Below are positions 25,714 through 40,380 of a DNA stretch of 64,000 nucleotides, piece after piece. Source of the stretch: the human T2T-CHM13v2.0 reference genome, Homo sapiens; assembly GCF_009914755.1 (NCBI RefSeq), contig NC_060931.1; one strand, given 5' to 3'. The notes beneath the pieces are model-generated. The model did not search any database. It had not been told where the DNA came from and was given only the letters and a program-made list of their open reading frames with translations. Position 1 is the stretch's first letter; each line of letters starts with the position of its first letter. Made by a program: the position numbers and the translations under genes.

Positions 25714-28700
25714 GAATACTGCATTACTGTAATCTTTGTGCATACATTCACACAAGCAATAATTGCGCTTTTTAGTCTGATCAGCAGTGTCTTTATTCAT
25801 TAGTCTCAGAAGGGAAACACAAGTGACCTTAATGAAATGAAGCCGTGGTCATGCTTTCTCCTTCCTGATTCCAAAGATGGTGTTTCTGGATGCTGCTAAA
25901 GCCCCCTGGTAAATAAATACTTTCTCATCTCCAGAAATGAGTCAATTCGATCCGATTTCCCTTTTTAGACTTCCATTTATGCTCAAATATGGCCTCTTTT
26001 TCTGTGGCTCTTGAGTAATTATCAGTAAACACCTAGAGTAAGGCCCTAGGTCTTAGTCATCACGGTACCACCCCAGTGACTTAGCATGGTTACTGGCACC
26101 CAGCAGCATCCCTCACATTTTGTTAATGTTTTACCTCTTTTCCTATGCAGGAGCTGGAGTACCCTCTCCCTAGTCCTCTGGCCTGTCATTCCCTTTTATC
26201 CATATGTTATAACCTCATTAAAGTCTGACTTTTCTAGGAAACCTCGTTTCTACCAGGATGGATGCCTTTGTGGATCAGTATTGACGCTTTGACAGGAGGC
26301 TTCAAGTTAATCTCAACTCTTACAGAATTCCTTCTATTCCATGAATTTATTATCCTCAGTCAATACTGTAATGCTCATCTTCTTGTGGTGTCTTTCCTAA
26401 TCTTCACCAACAGTTTATTGGCCAGAAACTAATTGATAGGGGCTACGTTACTGAAAACTTCGTCATTTCTGAAGATGATTAATAGTCCTAATTTCAGGCG
26501 GAGGTAGGGACATATTTTTACACTTGAATATATGTTATGTAAGAATCCACCATTGAATGCCTCTTACTTAATCACCCAAATATTTTATCTATGAAACTTG
26601 GCAGGGAGATGGCAATATCCTGAACCTTATTTTTCTCATTGTTTCTCTTTCCTCTTTCTCATCTCTCTTTCATAAAACGTGAGTGCAGAGTGGATGCCAG
26701 CCACCATGCTTGGCTTTGAGGACATAAATAGATACGTAGCAGTCCATTTGTAACTCTTTATTCGGTCTGTTCTCAGTGGACTGTCACTCCAGGAAGGGAG
26801 GGGCCCTTGGGTCACCAGCTACTAGCAGAGACACTGCCACACCAGAACTTCTTGGAAACTTTTTTTTGGATGAATGACTGAGTAAATGGAGACATGAACT
26901 TCACTGTAAAGGAGTTCACAGTCCAAAGTTTGAGAGTGAATCTGGACTCTGTGAAACTCTGCAGAACTTGTGAAGTCATTAACAATTAAATATTTTAGTT
27001 CAAACTCTTCCCTTAAATTATTACCCAGTCTGAGATTTTTGTGCCGTTTCATAGATGCCAGCAGAAGTTCTGCACGGGGAGTCTTACAGTGGCACAGGTA
27101 CAGCCCTTAGACAGAAAAGAAGCCTGAGGCCGTCCTCTGCATTCACTGTCCATTTTTCCCAGAGTATGTGGTCCTAGCTACTTGAGGCACTCCCAACTTC
27201 TCATTCTTTCGACTTCTGTAAATGTCACAGTCTTGGGAGGCCTCCCAGAGGTCCCCATTAAGGGTCTTATTTAGCCTGGAGCCAGAACTGTAGTTGTAAC
27301 TCCTTAATGCCAGGAAAGCATTTTTTAAAATCAGCGCACTCACCTAAGTCTGTTTCCTAAGGTGTTTTCTTCTATCTGAGTTACAATTTTATGTTCTGTG
27401 CCAGGAATCATTTACTTCTGGTTCAATAAGAATTAAAAGTACTTGTTGCTATGTCATTCCAGGGCAAGGATTTGCTTCTGCTTGGAAGTTAGGTCTTTAG
27501 TGTGTGAGTATATGTGAGTGTATGTGTATGTCATTGTGGGATGTTGCACATAAGTGTATGTCTGTGTAATAAGGCAGATTCAATTTCTCAGGGAAAGAAA
27601 ATGTTCCAAGGACCATAACCTATGGGACAAAGCGTTAGCTACTATCTTTTCTTTTGGCTTTAAATTATGCACTCTTCTTCCTTAAGTGACTGATTCTGAA
27701 TATGAACGCGTTCTTTTAAAGAGTGGAAATGATATCATTTAACATTTAAATATTAAATCTTATTATGTAAGCCAATTTCTTAAAATCCCCAGGTGGAGTT
27801 TGTAACTAAGCCTAAGTAATTCTCCAGGTGTAATGACTGGCAAGCTGTCGAGTAGAAATGGCAGAGAAGCAGCTATTGTTGGGAGAGGCTGGAACTTCTT
27901 TGTTTTTAGTATACATTTTAGTTGCTGAAAGAGTCCTTGTAGATTTTCCTCAAAATTAAAAAAGCCAGAGGAAGAGGAAATTACAATTAATAGCCTGGAA
28001 ATTCCAATTAATCTCTCAAATAGTGATTAATTTCCAGAGACATGGAGACTCTGCAGTATATCTGGGAGGAAGGAAAAGACAATTAGGGTTGGGGAAATTG
28101 GTAGAGGCGCTTGGGTAGGTGGAAATCCCACCAGGATTGAAGACTGCACTAGGATTGAGATAATTGACAAGGTTGGAAGCTTGCCAAAAACTGTATCAAG
28201 TGCTGTCTCTTCCTAATGGGCAAGTGTGCCCATTTTGAAACCCACTGGCCATATTTCCTAAAACTGTCTATTATCACTTTGTGGAAATGTTCAAATAAGA
28301 TCTGTTATCAAATTACATTTCTTTCTTTGTCACTTTTTAGCTTATCATTCCGCCAAGGTTTTGGCCCCTGCCCTTCTTCCTGCTTCTTGCCTCCTTGAGG
28401 CTGAGCTCTTCTCTCTCCCCAGCCTCTCAGTGAGCTGGTTCAGGTCTGTGTTGGTTTCAGATAACGGATGCTTTAAATTTAAGGTAGTGGAAACCGCTGA
28501 TCTAGCCTGGAAATCACAAGGACCAATTGATTTATCAATTTTTCTTCTATAAAGGTAAAATAATACCATGGCAATTTTTTAGTGCAGATTATTGAGGCTC
28601 AGATGAATCAGAACGAAGGGGAAATTAACCGGCTATACTTATGAAATGCGAATGCTATGTTTGCATTGTTGGATGGATTCAGTCTTAAGCAGTTTGGAAC

Positions 28701-30171
28701 TTATTTGTATGTACCTGAGGTTTTAACTACATGGTAATGAAGATGGTGTTAAGCTTTTACAGGAGCACGGCTTTTGATCTGCTCTTTCTCCCCAGTGTAC
28801 TAACAGTACTTATTAGGAGGAAAAACCTCCAGAGAGTCAGAATAAATATCATAGTCCTTTGAACATCTAAATATATGCAGCATTTTACAGAAATAATGTA
28901 AGCGAACTAACCGTTTGTGGTCAGCTGGAAAACTTAACTTTCAGAGGGATTTGACCAGCTATACTGACCTAGAAAATGAAATAAGCAGTTTGGAAAATCT
29001 GGTTTGTGCATATAATTATTTTTATATTATCTCAGGCTGTGCCTTGCAATGAGTAAACCACGGTAGTTATCTGACCTATTGCTCTACCACTGCCATTGCT
29101 TCAACACAGTAATTATGTAAGACTCAGCATGTTTTTAACTAACTAAATGCATGCAGGACATTCCTTAGCTTCAGCAGCCTATCTGGAGACTACTCAAGGG
29201 CTCTTTATCAGTCTTTCAGTTTGAATGGAAAAGAGACTGTAAAATCATGACCTGCGTTAAAATGTGTAGACTGGGAGGGCCATTGTGGAAATATTTAATA
29301 CAAGCACTTGGCACTTTTGTTAGCTGAAAATGCCCTGAAAGTTTATGACGTATCAAATATTTCTAATTAAAATAGAAAATTAATCTTCATGATGAAAGAA
29401 TCCTAACAGCGCTTTTTATATGAATACAAATATTTAGTTGGGATATAGGTTATAGAATGTCTTTAAGGCCCTGAAGTCCTTTGGATTTACTGTTTTTCAT
29501 TCTAGTTCTTCCTTTAATAGCTCGGAGCAAATAAAAGTGATTTCCTTTAGAATGTGCACATGCTCCTAAGGATATCTGAATAAAAGATACGTATCTGATA
29601 ATTTGCCATCTCAGCATCATCCCTTGGGCAGCAGGTTGGAAGGCAATAGTTTAATCTGAATGTGAACTAATGCTTATGCGCAAAGACATGTATGTCTCTT
29701 CCTGGATTTGAAGGAACTGAGAGTAGAGCAGTTTAACCAGGATTCCCTAGATGGCTTATCATCCTGATGAGCTAGCATTGCAATCAGAAGACATTCACTT
29801 TTGCTTAAAACATGAAATTGACTGGTAGAGTTCAGATATTAATAAAACTAGTTTTAGCCTGTAGTTTTAACCCTTTTCATCTTACATTTAAGAAAAAAAA
29901 GACACTTAAAAGGAAACAATGAATTGGAACTAATTACAAAGCTCTAAAGGGCCCTGGGTGATGTTAGTCTCATTAGGGATTGTGATGTCCCCTCCCACCC
30001 ATCTCCCACCCCCTTCCACCCCCTCACTCGCCAGCATGACTCTCTTTCCTTCTTACCTGTAACCATAAATACCAGACAGCCAAAGTCATGCCTCGTGAAG
30101 GTAGGCATGTGGAGTGGTGGAATCATACAATATCTGTGTTAAAAGGTTATATCCTAGTAAGATAAGCGTTT

Positions 30172-30807
30172 GGACTGTAAACTAGTTCAATCATTGTGGA
30201 AGTCAGTGTGGCGATTCCTCAGGGATCTAGAACTGGAAATACCATTTGACCCAGCCATCCCATTACTGGGTATATACCCAAAAGATTATAAATCATGCTG
30301 CTATAAAGACACATGCACACGTATGTTTATAGCGGCACTATTCACAATAGCAAAGACTTGGAACCAACGTAAATGTCCAACAACGATAGACTGGATTAAG
30401 AAAATGTGGCATATATACACCATGGAATACTATGCAGCCATAAAAAATGATGAGCTCATGTCCTTTGTAGGGACATGGATGAAACTGGAAACCATCATTC
30501 TCAGCAAACTATCACAAGGACAAAAAACCAAACACCGCATGTTCTCACTCATAGGTGGGAATTGAACAATGAGAACACATGGACACAGGAAGGGGAACAT
30601 CACACACCAGGGACTGTTGTGGGGCGGGGGGAGGGGGGAGGGATAGCACTAGGAGATATACCTAATGCTAAATGACGAGTTAATGGGTGCAGCACACCAG
30701 CATGGCACATGTATACATATGTAACAAACCTGCATGTTGTGCACATGTACCCTAGAACTTAAAGTATAATAATAATATAATTTAAAAAAAAATAGAAGGA
30801 AAAAAAA
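30172..30807 (+). mobile_element. 5'-truncated primate L1 (L1PA3-5-like): ORF2 C-terminus, 3' UTR, A tail
   Basis: Open frame ...LEIPFDPAIPLLGIYPKDYKSCCYKDTCTRMFIAALFTIAKTWNQ...HRMFSLIGGN*; G-rich tract and poly-A. Confidence 0.95.
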
Positions 30808-31610
30808 GTTAGGTTCTAATACAGACAAGAAGTTTAGGCTGTTTTAAATGTGGGCAGGCTCTGTCGGAGACTGATGCAGTGCGTATTATAAATCCTGAAT
30901 CACGAGGAATGGGTTTTGAAACCGCAGTGGCCCAGGCCACATTCAGACCTGAAAAAGTCGACTCTCCTAGAGCCAAGGCCAAATTATACTCATGTGTAGT
31001 CAAGGTAATGAAAGAAACACTCACCGTTTCCCACCACTGTGTAGGAAGCTGCTTAGAAACGTTTTTAGGAAAGGTTAAAATTACTAATTTAAAGAGGACT
31101 GAAATAAGTCAAAGGTGTATTTTACAATCTTTAGGGTAATCATTAAAATAATAATATAAGAAGCTCAATTAAAATGCTAATAAGGGAGAAAAAATATTTT
31201 TAAAAACACTTGAATGACTAAAAAGAAAGTGAAAAGAAGAAATACAGGAACAAAGAATAGGTGTGATAAATGGAAAACAAATTAAGATGGTAGGCTTATA
31301 AGAAACTATATCAGTAAATGTATCAAATATAAGTGGTTTCAACATTCCTATTAAAAGATTGCCAGACTGGATACAGATAACCAATTGTAGTAAGTTTAAA
31401 TCTAGTAGGTTTTAAGATGCTTTACTAAGTTTAAAATTTAAGATACACTATGTAGACTGAGAAAGATTGAAAGTAAAATGTTAGAAATATATATACCATG
31501 CATAAATTAACTAAAAGCTATAACCATATTAATATCAGGCAAAGTAGACTTTAATGCAAAAATTATCATGAGAGATAAAGAGGGATATTTGTTAATGATA
31601 AAAGGAAGTT

Positions 31611-31918
<308 letters not shown>

Positions 31919-31997
31919 GGAAAAGTTGAAAATAAATGATTCAAACCTCCAACTCCAGAATCTAGAAAATAATCAGCAAATTAAACCCAAAGATGGT

Positions 31998-32089
31998 AAT
32001 TGCTTGAACCGGGGAGGCAGAGGTTGCAGTGAGCCAAGATCATGCCACTGTACTCCAGCCTGGGCCACAGAGGGAGACCCTGTCTTAAA

Positions 32090-32121
<32 letters not shown>
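31998..32121 (+). mobile_element. 5'-truncated Alu right-arm fragment with A/(GA)n tail
   Basis: ttgcttgaaccggggaggcagaggttgcagtgagcc... Confidence 0.9.
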
Positions 32122-32131
<10 letters not shown>

Positions 32132-33272
32132 TAAGCAGTAATTATAGAAGTAGGAAACGATATATAATATTTGAAAATTAACAAAAACAACTGGGGCTTT
32201 TTTTGACAAGATTAATATAATTAATACATCTCTAGCAAACCAATCAAGGAAAAAAGAAGAGAAAATACAATGAATTTCAGAAAAAAACAAGGGGATCACC
32301 ACTATATGTCATAGAGATCAAAAAGATAAGATACTATGATCAATTTTATGTCAATAAATTTGACAACTTAGAGAAAATCGACAACTTTCTTTAAAAACAC
32401 AACTTACCAAAACAGACATAAGAAGAAATTTAAAATCTGAAAAATCCTAAATTTATTATTTAAATTGAAGCGACAATTAAATGCCTTCCCCTAAATTTAA
32501 TTTCAGACCAATATTGCTTTAGTAATAAATTCTTCCAAATGTTTATGGAAGAAATAATGCCAGTGTTACACAAACTCTTATAGAAAATAGAAAAAGATAA
32601 AACATTTCTTAAATCATGTGTGAAATCAGCCTAACCTAAGTCTGACAAGAACTTACTAGTAAAGAAAACCACCACCCAGTATCTTTCATGAATCTTAAAA
32701 TATTTGATTAGCAAATCAAGTTCAGGGATATGTAAAAGAATATGTCATGATCAGATGGGATTTATTCCAGGAATCCATGGTTGATTTAACATTTAAAAAC
32801 CAATCAAAGCCTCGTTAAAAGAATCAAAGAGGAAAATTATGTAATTATTTCAGTAGAGAAGACTAATTTGATTCCGCACTTGGTTATAATAAAAATTCTC
32901 AACAAACTAATAGAAGGGAATTTCTTTGATGTTATATAACTGCATACTTAATGATAAAGTAATAAATGATTTCTCCTAGTTTGGGAACAAGAAAAGATCA
33001 CCAATTGGCAATTCTAGCCAATGCAATAAGCCAAGAAAAAATTGTCATGAAGGTTGAGAAGAACGAAGTAAACTGTTTTCCACAAATGATGTAATTATAT
33101 ACATAGAAAATATAAAATTATTGAAAATAATGTGACTTTAACAAGAATGCTGGATGCAAGGTCAGTGTAAAAAAAATCAAGTCTCTTTATACTAGCAATA
33201 AATAATTCAAAAATGAAATTTTAAACCATAATTTATAGTAACGTTAAAAAATCAAGTACCTAGTAGTAAATC

Positions 33273-34378
33273 TTTTTTTTTCCTTCAACTTTTGTTTTAA
33301 GTTCCGGGATGTATGTGTAGGATGTGCAGGTTTGTTACATAGGTAAACATGTGCCATGGTGGTTTGCTACACAGATCAACCCACCACCTAGGTATTAAGC
33401 CCAGTATTCATTAGCTGTTCTTCCTGATGCTCTCCCTTCCTCGACCCCCAACAGACCCCAGTGTGTTGTTCCCCACATATGGCAATGTGTTCTCATTGTT
33501 CAGCTCCTATTTAAAAGTGAGAACATGGGATGTTTGGTTTTCTGTTCCTGCATTCGTTTGCTGAGGAAAACAGCTTCCAGCTCCATTCATGTCCCTGCAG
33601 AGGACATGATCTCATTCCTTTTTATGGCTGCATAGTATTCCATGGTGTATACATACTACATTTTCTTTATCCAGTCTATCATTGATGGGCATTTGGGTTG
33701 ATTCCATGTCTTTGCTGTTGTGAATAGTGCTGCAGTGAACATACGCATGCATGTATCTTTATCATAGAATGATTTATATTCTTTTGGACATATACCCAGT
33801 AATGGAATTGCTGGGTCAAATGGTATTTCTGCTTCTAGATCTTTAAAATCAATGTGCAAAAATTGCTTGCATTTCTATACACAAATAACAGGCAAACAGA
33901 GAGCCAAATCAGGAAGGATCTCCCATTCACAATTGCTACAAAAAGAATAAAATACCTAGGAATACAGCTAACAAGGGAAGTGAAGGACCTCTTCAAGGAG
34001 AACTACAAACCACTGCTCAAGGAAATCAGAGAGGACACAAACAAATGGAAAAAGATTACATGCTCATGGATAGCAAGAATCAATATCGTGAAAATGACCA
34101 TACTGCCCAAAGTAATTTATAGATTCAATGCTATTCCCATTAAGCTACCATTGACTTTCTTCACAGAATTAGAAAAAATATTTAAAAATTAATATGGAGC
34201 CCAAAAAAGAGCCTGAATAGCCAAGACAATCCTAAGCAAAAAGAACAAAGTGGGAGGCATCATGCTACCTGACTTCAAACTATACTACAAGGCTACAGTA
34301 ACCAAAACAGCATGGTACTGGTACATAAACAGACACACAGAGCAATGGAATGGAATAGAGAACTCAGAAATAAGAAAC
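33273..34378 (-). mobile_element. L1PA element with 5' inversion (3' part 33273-33844 on -, inverted ORF2 part 33845-34378 on +)
   Basis: Opposite-strand ORF2 fragments abut at 33844/33845; TSD agtaaatc at 33265-33272 and 34379-34386. Confidence 0.9.
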
Positions 34379-35249
34379 AGTAAATCCAATGAGAGATGTT
34401 CAAAACCTTCACCGTGAAAACTGCAAAATATATTGAGAAAAACTGAAGATTATTTAAATAAATGGAGTGATATAATCATTTGCCTGGATTAGAGGATTGT
34501 AAAGATAGTTTCCCCTAATTTGATTAATAGATTCAATGCAATCCCAATAAAAATCAGTTAATTTTTGTGAAAATTATCAGGCTGGTTCAAAAATTTAAGT
34601 GGAAATACAAAACACCAAGAATAACTGAAGCAATACTAACTAAAGAAGAAAAAACATGGAGAACTTATGTTGTTAGATATTGACTTATTATAAAGCTGCA
34701 ATAATTAAGATAGTATGATATTGGCTCAAGGATACATGAATAGAGCAAAGGAATAGAATAGAGTTCAGCAGTAATGGTTACAGATATATGCATATCTGAC
34801 AAAGTACTTGTATCCAGAATATGTCAAGAATCTTACACAGCAGTTGGAAAAGTACACTCAACCCAATTAAAATTTGGGCAAAATACTTGAAAAAGCTTTC
34901 AGAGAAGAGAATATCACAGTTTACTGTAAACATAAAAAGATGCTCAACACTATTAGTCATGAGAGAAATGCAAATAAAAATAACAATGATATATCACCAC
35001 CCACCCACCAGAATTGCTAACATGTAAAAGACTGACAATGTCAAGCTATTATCACAGATTTTTGGTGACTTGGAGAAAATAATTCACTCTGTCCACTCTG
35101 TCCTTATGGTTCAAACCCTATATGATCAGGTCTTCTTCCAATTTTTGGCAGTGGCATCCCAAACCCCTCTCATTTAGTCTTGCCTTGTGTCCACAGCCTT
35201 CTCATACCATCCAGGTAGATGTAGCTAATATACTCAGGTCTTCCAATGA

Positions 35250-35745
35250 AACACTAATTATCACCACTCCCCATATCAATCACTATGCTGACTTCATAGC
35301 TGTAAATTAATTTTGCCTGTTTTTGAATTTTATATGCATGGAATCATATAAGATTTCCTTATGTACACTTTCATATTTGGGTTATTTTACTCAACATCCA
35401 TATGTTGAGATTTATCTATATATTATGTCTACCTGTGGTTCATTCTTTTTTACTGCTGTAGGGGATTCCAATTTCTATAAATTTAATTGTATACACTTAG
35501 TAATTCTGTGATTGATAGACTCTTGGGTTGCTTCCAAGTTGGGATTATTACAAAAAATATTGCTATGAATATTCTTATATATGCACATATGCACAGATTT
35601 CTGTTATATACACATGGAATTGCTAGGTCATGAGGTACATATAATATATTCAGCTTTACACAATACTGCTCAGCAGGTTTCTAAAGTGCTTTCACTAGTT
35701 TGCCCTTCCACCAGCAGTGAACAAAAATTTTAGTTGCGATGTATT
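35250..35745 (-). mobile_element. Ancient L1ME-type 3' fragment
   Basis: ttttgcctgtttttgaattttatat...ttgctatgaatattctt...ggaattgctaggtcat. Confidence 0.7.
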
Positions 35746-38700
35746 GACACCATACCCATGCACCATTTCTTATTGACTTAAAACTCTTAAAATTCTTTTG
35801 ACTTGGCTCTCTAAAACCCTATAGGCAGTAAAATTCAAATCTTTTCTATTTCAAGAACAGGAAGACTTTCATCAAGGGAAAGGTGGGCCAGACTGTTGAA
35901 AACACTGCAGGAGTAGCAGCAGCAAATGAACATGGCGGGAAGGACTGTCACAGCTGATGTTCTAAAATTGGAACATTCTAAGGGCTACTTCTGAAACACG
36001 AACAATTAGGTGGGATTGCTGTCCAAATTAAGAAGCCCTTACTTCTTAATCATTAATATAGTTCCTTTTTCCTCCAGAAATGTTCCAATTATGAAAAATT
36101 ATGAAACAGTTTGTGATTAAGTGATACTCTGTGTAAACACAGTAAATATAACTGAAAAGGATAGACTTTTAGGCCATGGTCAGATACTGTTAAATTTTAG
36201 TTAAGTTATATTCATAACTAAGTAACATTAAGTTATAGTGAGAAGGAACTTCACAGTACAAACATTTTTTTCTATGTGTGTTGAATGCTCCGAGCTTATT
36301 TCTAAATCCTGCTTGGTTTAAGGAAAGATTACAGGAGAGAAATTCAGAAGCTAAAGGTTCAGGAGCCATTTCTGCCATTACTAACTGTGTGACCCTAGTC
36401 ACTTAATATCTTTGTCTCAGTTTTAAATATCTGCAGAAATTATGGAATGTTATATCTTCTCTGTTTACCAAAGAGATTATTGTGAGGAACAATTGAAATG
36501 GCCTATAACAGCTAATCCATATGGGGATAAAGTTAAAGAATTTTCCACCATGTTTTCATTTCTATATTTAAAATAATCTTATAGTTGCTAAAGTGCTATT
36601 CAAACATGTTATATTTTTTCATATGTTAAATCACAAGATAATCTTATTTGTTATATGCCTTATGCCATAAACAGAGCCCAGCATAGTGCTGTCTGTATTT
36701 TTCTCATTGTTCTTTACCTTAGTAGAAAGGAATGGAGAGAATGATTCATAATGAGTAAAACACATATCATCTCCGGAGAGAGAAAATAAGGATAAAGGCA
36801 GATTTCCATTCAGGAGAATTTATCTGGGCTTTGGAAGTAATTTAAAATGACTGTTCCCTGTGTTGGCAATTTGTAGGCTGCCTGAGTTGACACCTCCATT
36901 TTCAATCACAGCAAGATTGCTTTTAGTTGCAGGCAATTGCTAAAGCCAGAGATCTGAAAAGGAGCCCTTTTCAAACTCCTTATAGATTTAAAACAGATAG
37001 AATATGAATGTAATTTTTTCTCCTGATTGTCATCAAATACTTCACGAATAATTTAAATTAATCCATAATTTGTCTAAATCAAGAGGAGGAAAGCATGGCC
37101 TAATCATAACATTGTTGTGTTGTACCTGGACATAGAGAATTAGCCTGGAAAGATTTGTTGCTACCAAATCTGCAAACTTTATTATAGAGTAGTTGTTTGG
37201 GCTCATATATATGTACGGACTCTAAAAGAAACAATAGCAAACAATATCATATACAGTGATGAAGTTCCCAGATCAGCCCACCAAAACCAATATATGAAAA
37301 ACTGTGTGCAAATGTGTGTGCCTGAGTGCCTTCTGACTATCCATTTCAACAGAGATGTGTATATGCATGTTTAGAGCATTATCTCCAAATATTTGTTTTG
37401 CAAAACTGAGTTTGATTGTATAGGACATTAGTGCTGTAGTTTAGCATCGCTCTTCGTTTCCTATCCTGGTTTTACAGGATATGGAAAACCTAATCCAGAA
37501 GTAGAGCAAAGCTGATAATCCTTGCTACCTTATGAAGGTGCAAGGAGACTGGAGCTAATCACCTGCTGTGAGCACTTTGAGACCCTTTTTTGAGGAATCA
37601 CCACTAATCACACTGGAAAAGATGCCTTGCCTCACGTTGAGGGGACAGTTACTATTGAAAGGGTGTTAGTCACTGAGCATTACTGTAGTTAAAACATTAT
37701 TCTGAGACATGTCCTACAAGGCATGGGATTAGGCGTTTATTAATAAAACTCCCCAAATGGTATTTGCAATGTGTCATTCTACTTGAGAACATAAATAGGA
37801 TAGAATTAAACTAACACAGAAAGATTACTTATCTTATAATTAAGAACATTGTACAAGAATGAATTTTGAATTTATAACAATTTCTGGGCTGGCAAGGGAG
37901 ACGTATTAAATAACCTTTCTTCTTAAAAAATATCTTTTGAGACATAAATTCTCTGTGGGGAAAAAACACAGAACAATGAGCTGTCTTTTCTCAATTGATT
38001 GCCTGTAGTGTTACAAATACTTTGAAAAATGAAGGGAAATTTAACATTTTAAAATGATCTTTCAGAAATCTATTATTATGAGCGGGGAAAAATGAACAAA
38101 AGTCCTTAAGTATTTAGGCTTTTTGAAAACTTCCATGATGTAAACTAGGTAATACTGGGGATAGCCAAGCCCACAGAGTACAGCAGCATGAAACACAAAC
38201 AAGAGTCACTGATTTTTTATAGTCAGCTGAAAAACAGCACATCTAATTTTTTTTAAATAGAAAAATAAACAGTATTTCCTGCCATGAAGACAGTTACTGT
38301 CTTAGTTCCATCTTGGAAACGTCACAGAGCTTTATCCTATTTATTTTCAGTGCACAGTAACCACCAGCATCAGTTTGAGTCTGTGTATTTTAAGAGCATG
38401 GCTAAAATGTCATATGCTGTTACATATATAGCAACGTAGGGAGTGGAACACTCACTCAATATAAAAAAATCAAAATCAAAATCCATTTATACAATCAGAG
38501 TCAAATTTATATCAATTTGCCTATGCTATGACTTTTCGAATTTCCTCTGGAATTATCCTGGTGATCCTAATTTTGCTCTTAATGTCTTCCATGTATGCCC
38601 CAAATAATTAACATAACGAAGATAATTTTATTGTAAGGTTTTTTGATAACTTATTTTTGTCTTTGTTTTCCCCTGAAATGAGTGTCCTTCACCTAGTCCT

Positions 38701-39234
38701 TAAGTGTCCTATCTACAAAATGGAGAATGAAAAAGGCTGCCAACACTGTAACATAGGTAGGAGGCATTCGTGTTTTCAGAATGGAGTTGTAATGAATACA
38801 CACACACAGTTCCTGTCACTGCTGTGCACATGAGGGTGTCATAAATGGTCCCTGACCTCAAGACATTAGACCTATGGCAATATGGGACATGATGCTGTCA
38901 TTTTGTTAGACTATTCTAGGCCTATTCTACTTCAGTGTCTAGTGTAGCATTACTGCAGACCATGTGTTTCAGCAGAGTTTGTGGATCTTGTTTTCCCAAT
39001 AGCTCCCACTGTAATAGTGGTGCACCCCGCTGGCAGCAGGCAGCTTATTGAGAAGATGTCTCCATGCCTTGCTGGGCACTGCAGCCTACATTAAACTATC
39101 CAGATTCCATTTTCATATTTTTCTGACTTAGAGTCACTTTCCCAACTCAGTGATCTCCTTTCTGGCAGCAGCATCCTGTACATCATTAAATTGTTCCTTG
39201 TTCTAGAGGGATGGACGTACTGAGTTCCTGTTAA

Positions 39235-39695
39235 AGGTTTGTCTGCTGTCTAGAACTACTCCTTCTCATGGTAAAAGCCCCTAATTTTCTTATGGTGCCC
39301 ACTTTATCGTAAGTCCATATAGGTCTGCAGCTTCCTGAGGTGGCTCATGACCAGCTTCGCCCAGAACCTCAGGGATTGGGCCAGAAAGGGAAGATGACCT
39401 CATTGGAATTATTGGCCATTGCTCTAGCTTTTGCTTGCTGGATTTGAACTGTAGTCATTTTGCTGTCACCTGCCTGGGACCCGAGATAGACCACACACCT
39501 GTGGAGGCAGAGCTGAGAGATGGAGAACTGAATTCTGATTTTCCTTTTTGGAACCTGAATCCAGTAGTGGTTGAAGTTCTATTCCTGACCTTTTGACTTC
39601 CTCAGCACTTTTCCCTCCCCTCTTTAGCTTAAGCCAATTGGAATTGGTGCTTCTGTCATCTGTCACTTGGAATAGAAACAACCCAAGTGATACAC
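39235..39695 (+). mobile_element. Old MLT1 (J/K-like) LTR
   Basis: gcagagctgagagatggaga...gcttaagccaattggaattgg...tgataca. Confidence 0.6.
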
Positions 39696-39982
39696 ACCAA
39701 GTATCTGTAGTCCAAGTTCAAAAGAATTTCACTCTTTCATTGTTTTAGCCTGGGTTTCCCATTAATAAATCAAGATTGAAAAATCTTCCTTCATTCATGG
39801 ATGCTGGCGTCCAACAAGCTTATTGTTAAGTTAAAGGCTTCAGATTGTATGACAAATTCTCAGCCCTATATATTTTCTGAGTTCTAAACATGATATCAAG
39901 TTACCTTAAAATCCAGATATCTACAAGTCATTGCTTCTAATTAACATAGAAGCTACCTTAAAAAAAAACCTGTACACACACT

Positions 39983-39983
39983 A

Positions 39984-40015
<32 letters not shown>

Positions 40016-40066
40016 GTGTGTGTGTGTGTTTGTGTGTTTGTGGAGAGAGAGAGAGACAGAGAGAGA
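39983..40066. repeat. Mixed (TA)n(CA)n(TG)n(GA)n microsatellite
   Basis: Read directly; abuts the Tigger end. Confidence 0.85.
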
Positions 40067-40380
40067 GTCATGTGCCACACCATGATGTTTCCGTCATCGA
40101 CAGACTGCATATACCACAGTGGTTCCGTAAGATTATAATGCAGTATTTTTACTATACCTTTCCCACGTTTAGATACACAAATACTTTCCATTGTGCTGTA
40201 ATTGCCTACAGTATTCAGTATAGTACCATGCTGTACAGGTTTGTAGCCTAGGAGCAATAGGCTCCAGCATACGCTGTCTAGGTTTGTGTAAGCACACGCT
40301 ATGATGTTCGCACAACATGAACTCCCCTCACAATGAATTTTTCAGAACATACCCTGTGAGTTAAGCCACAAATGACTGTA
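40066..40380 (-). mobile_element. Tigger3a/MER7A-like TcMar-Tigger DNA transposon
   Basis: Ends agtcatgtgcc...aaatgactgta; internal gcctacagtattcagta...ctgtacaggtttgtagcctaggagcaataggct. Confidence 0.8.

Noticed and set aside
30170-30565. 131-aa ORF as a gene, or an active L1
   Set aside because: C-terminal fragment of L1 ORF2 in a 0.6-kb 5'-truncated copy with no promoter and no ATG start
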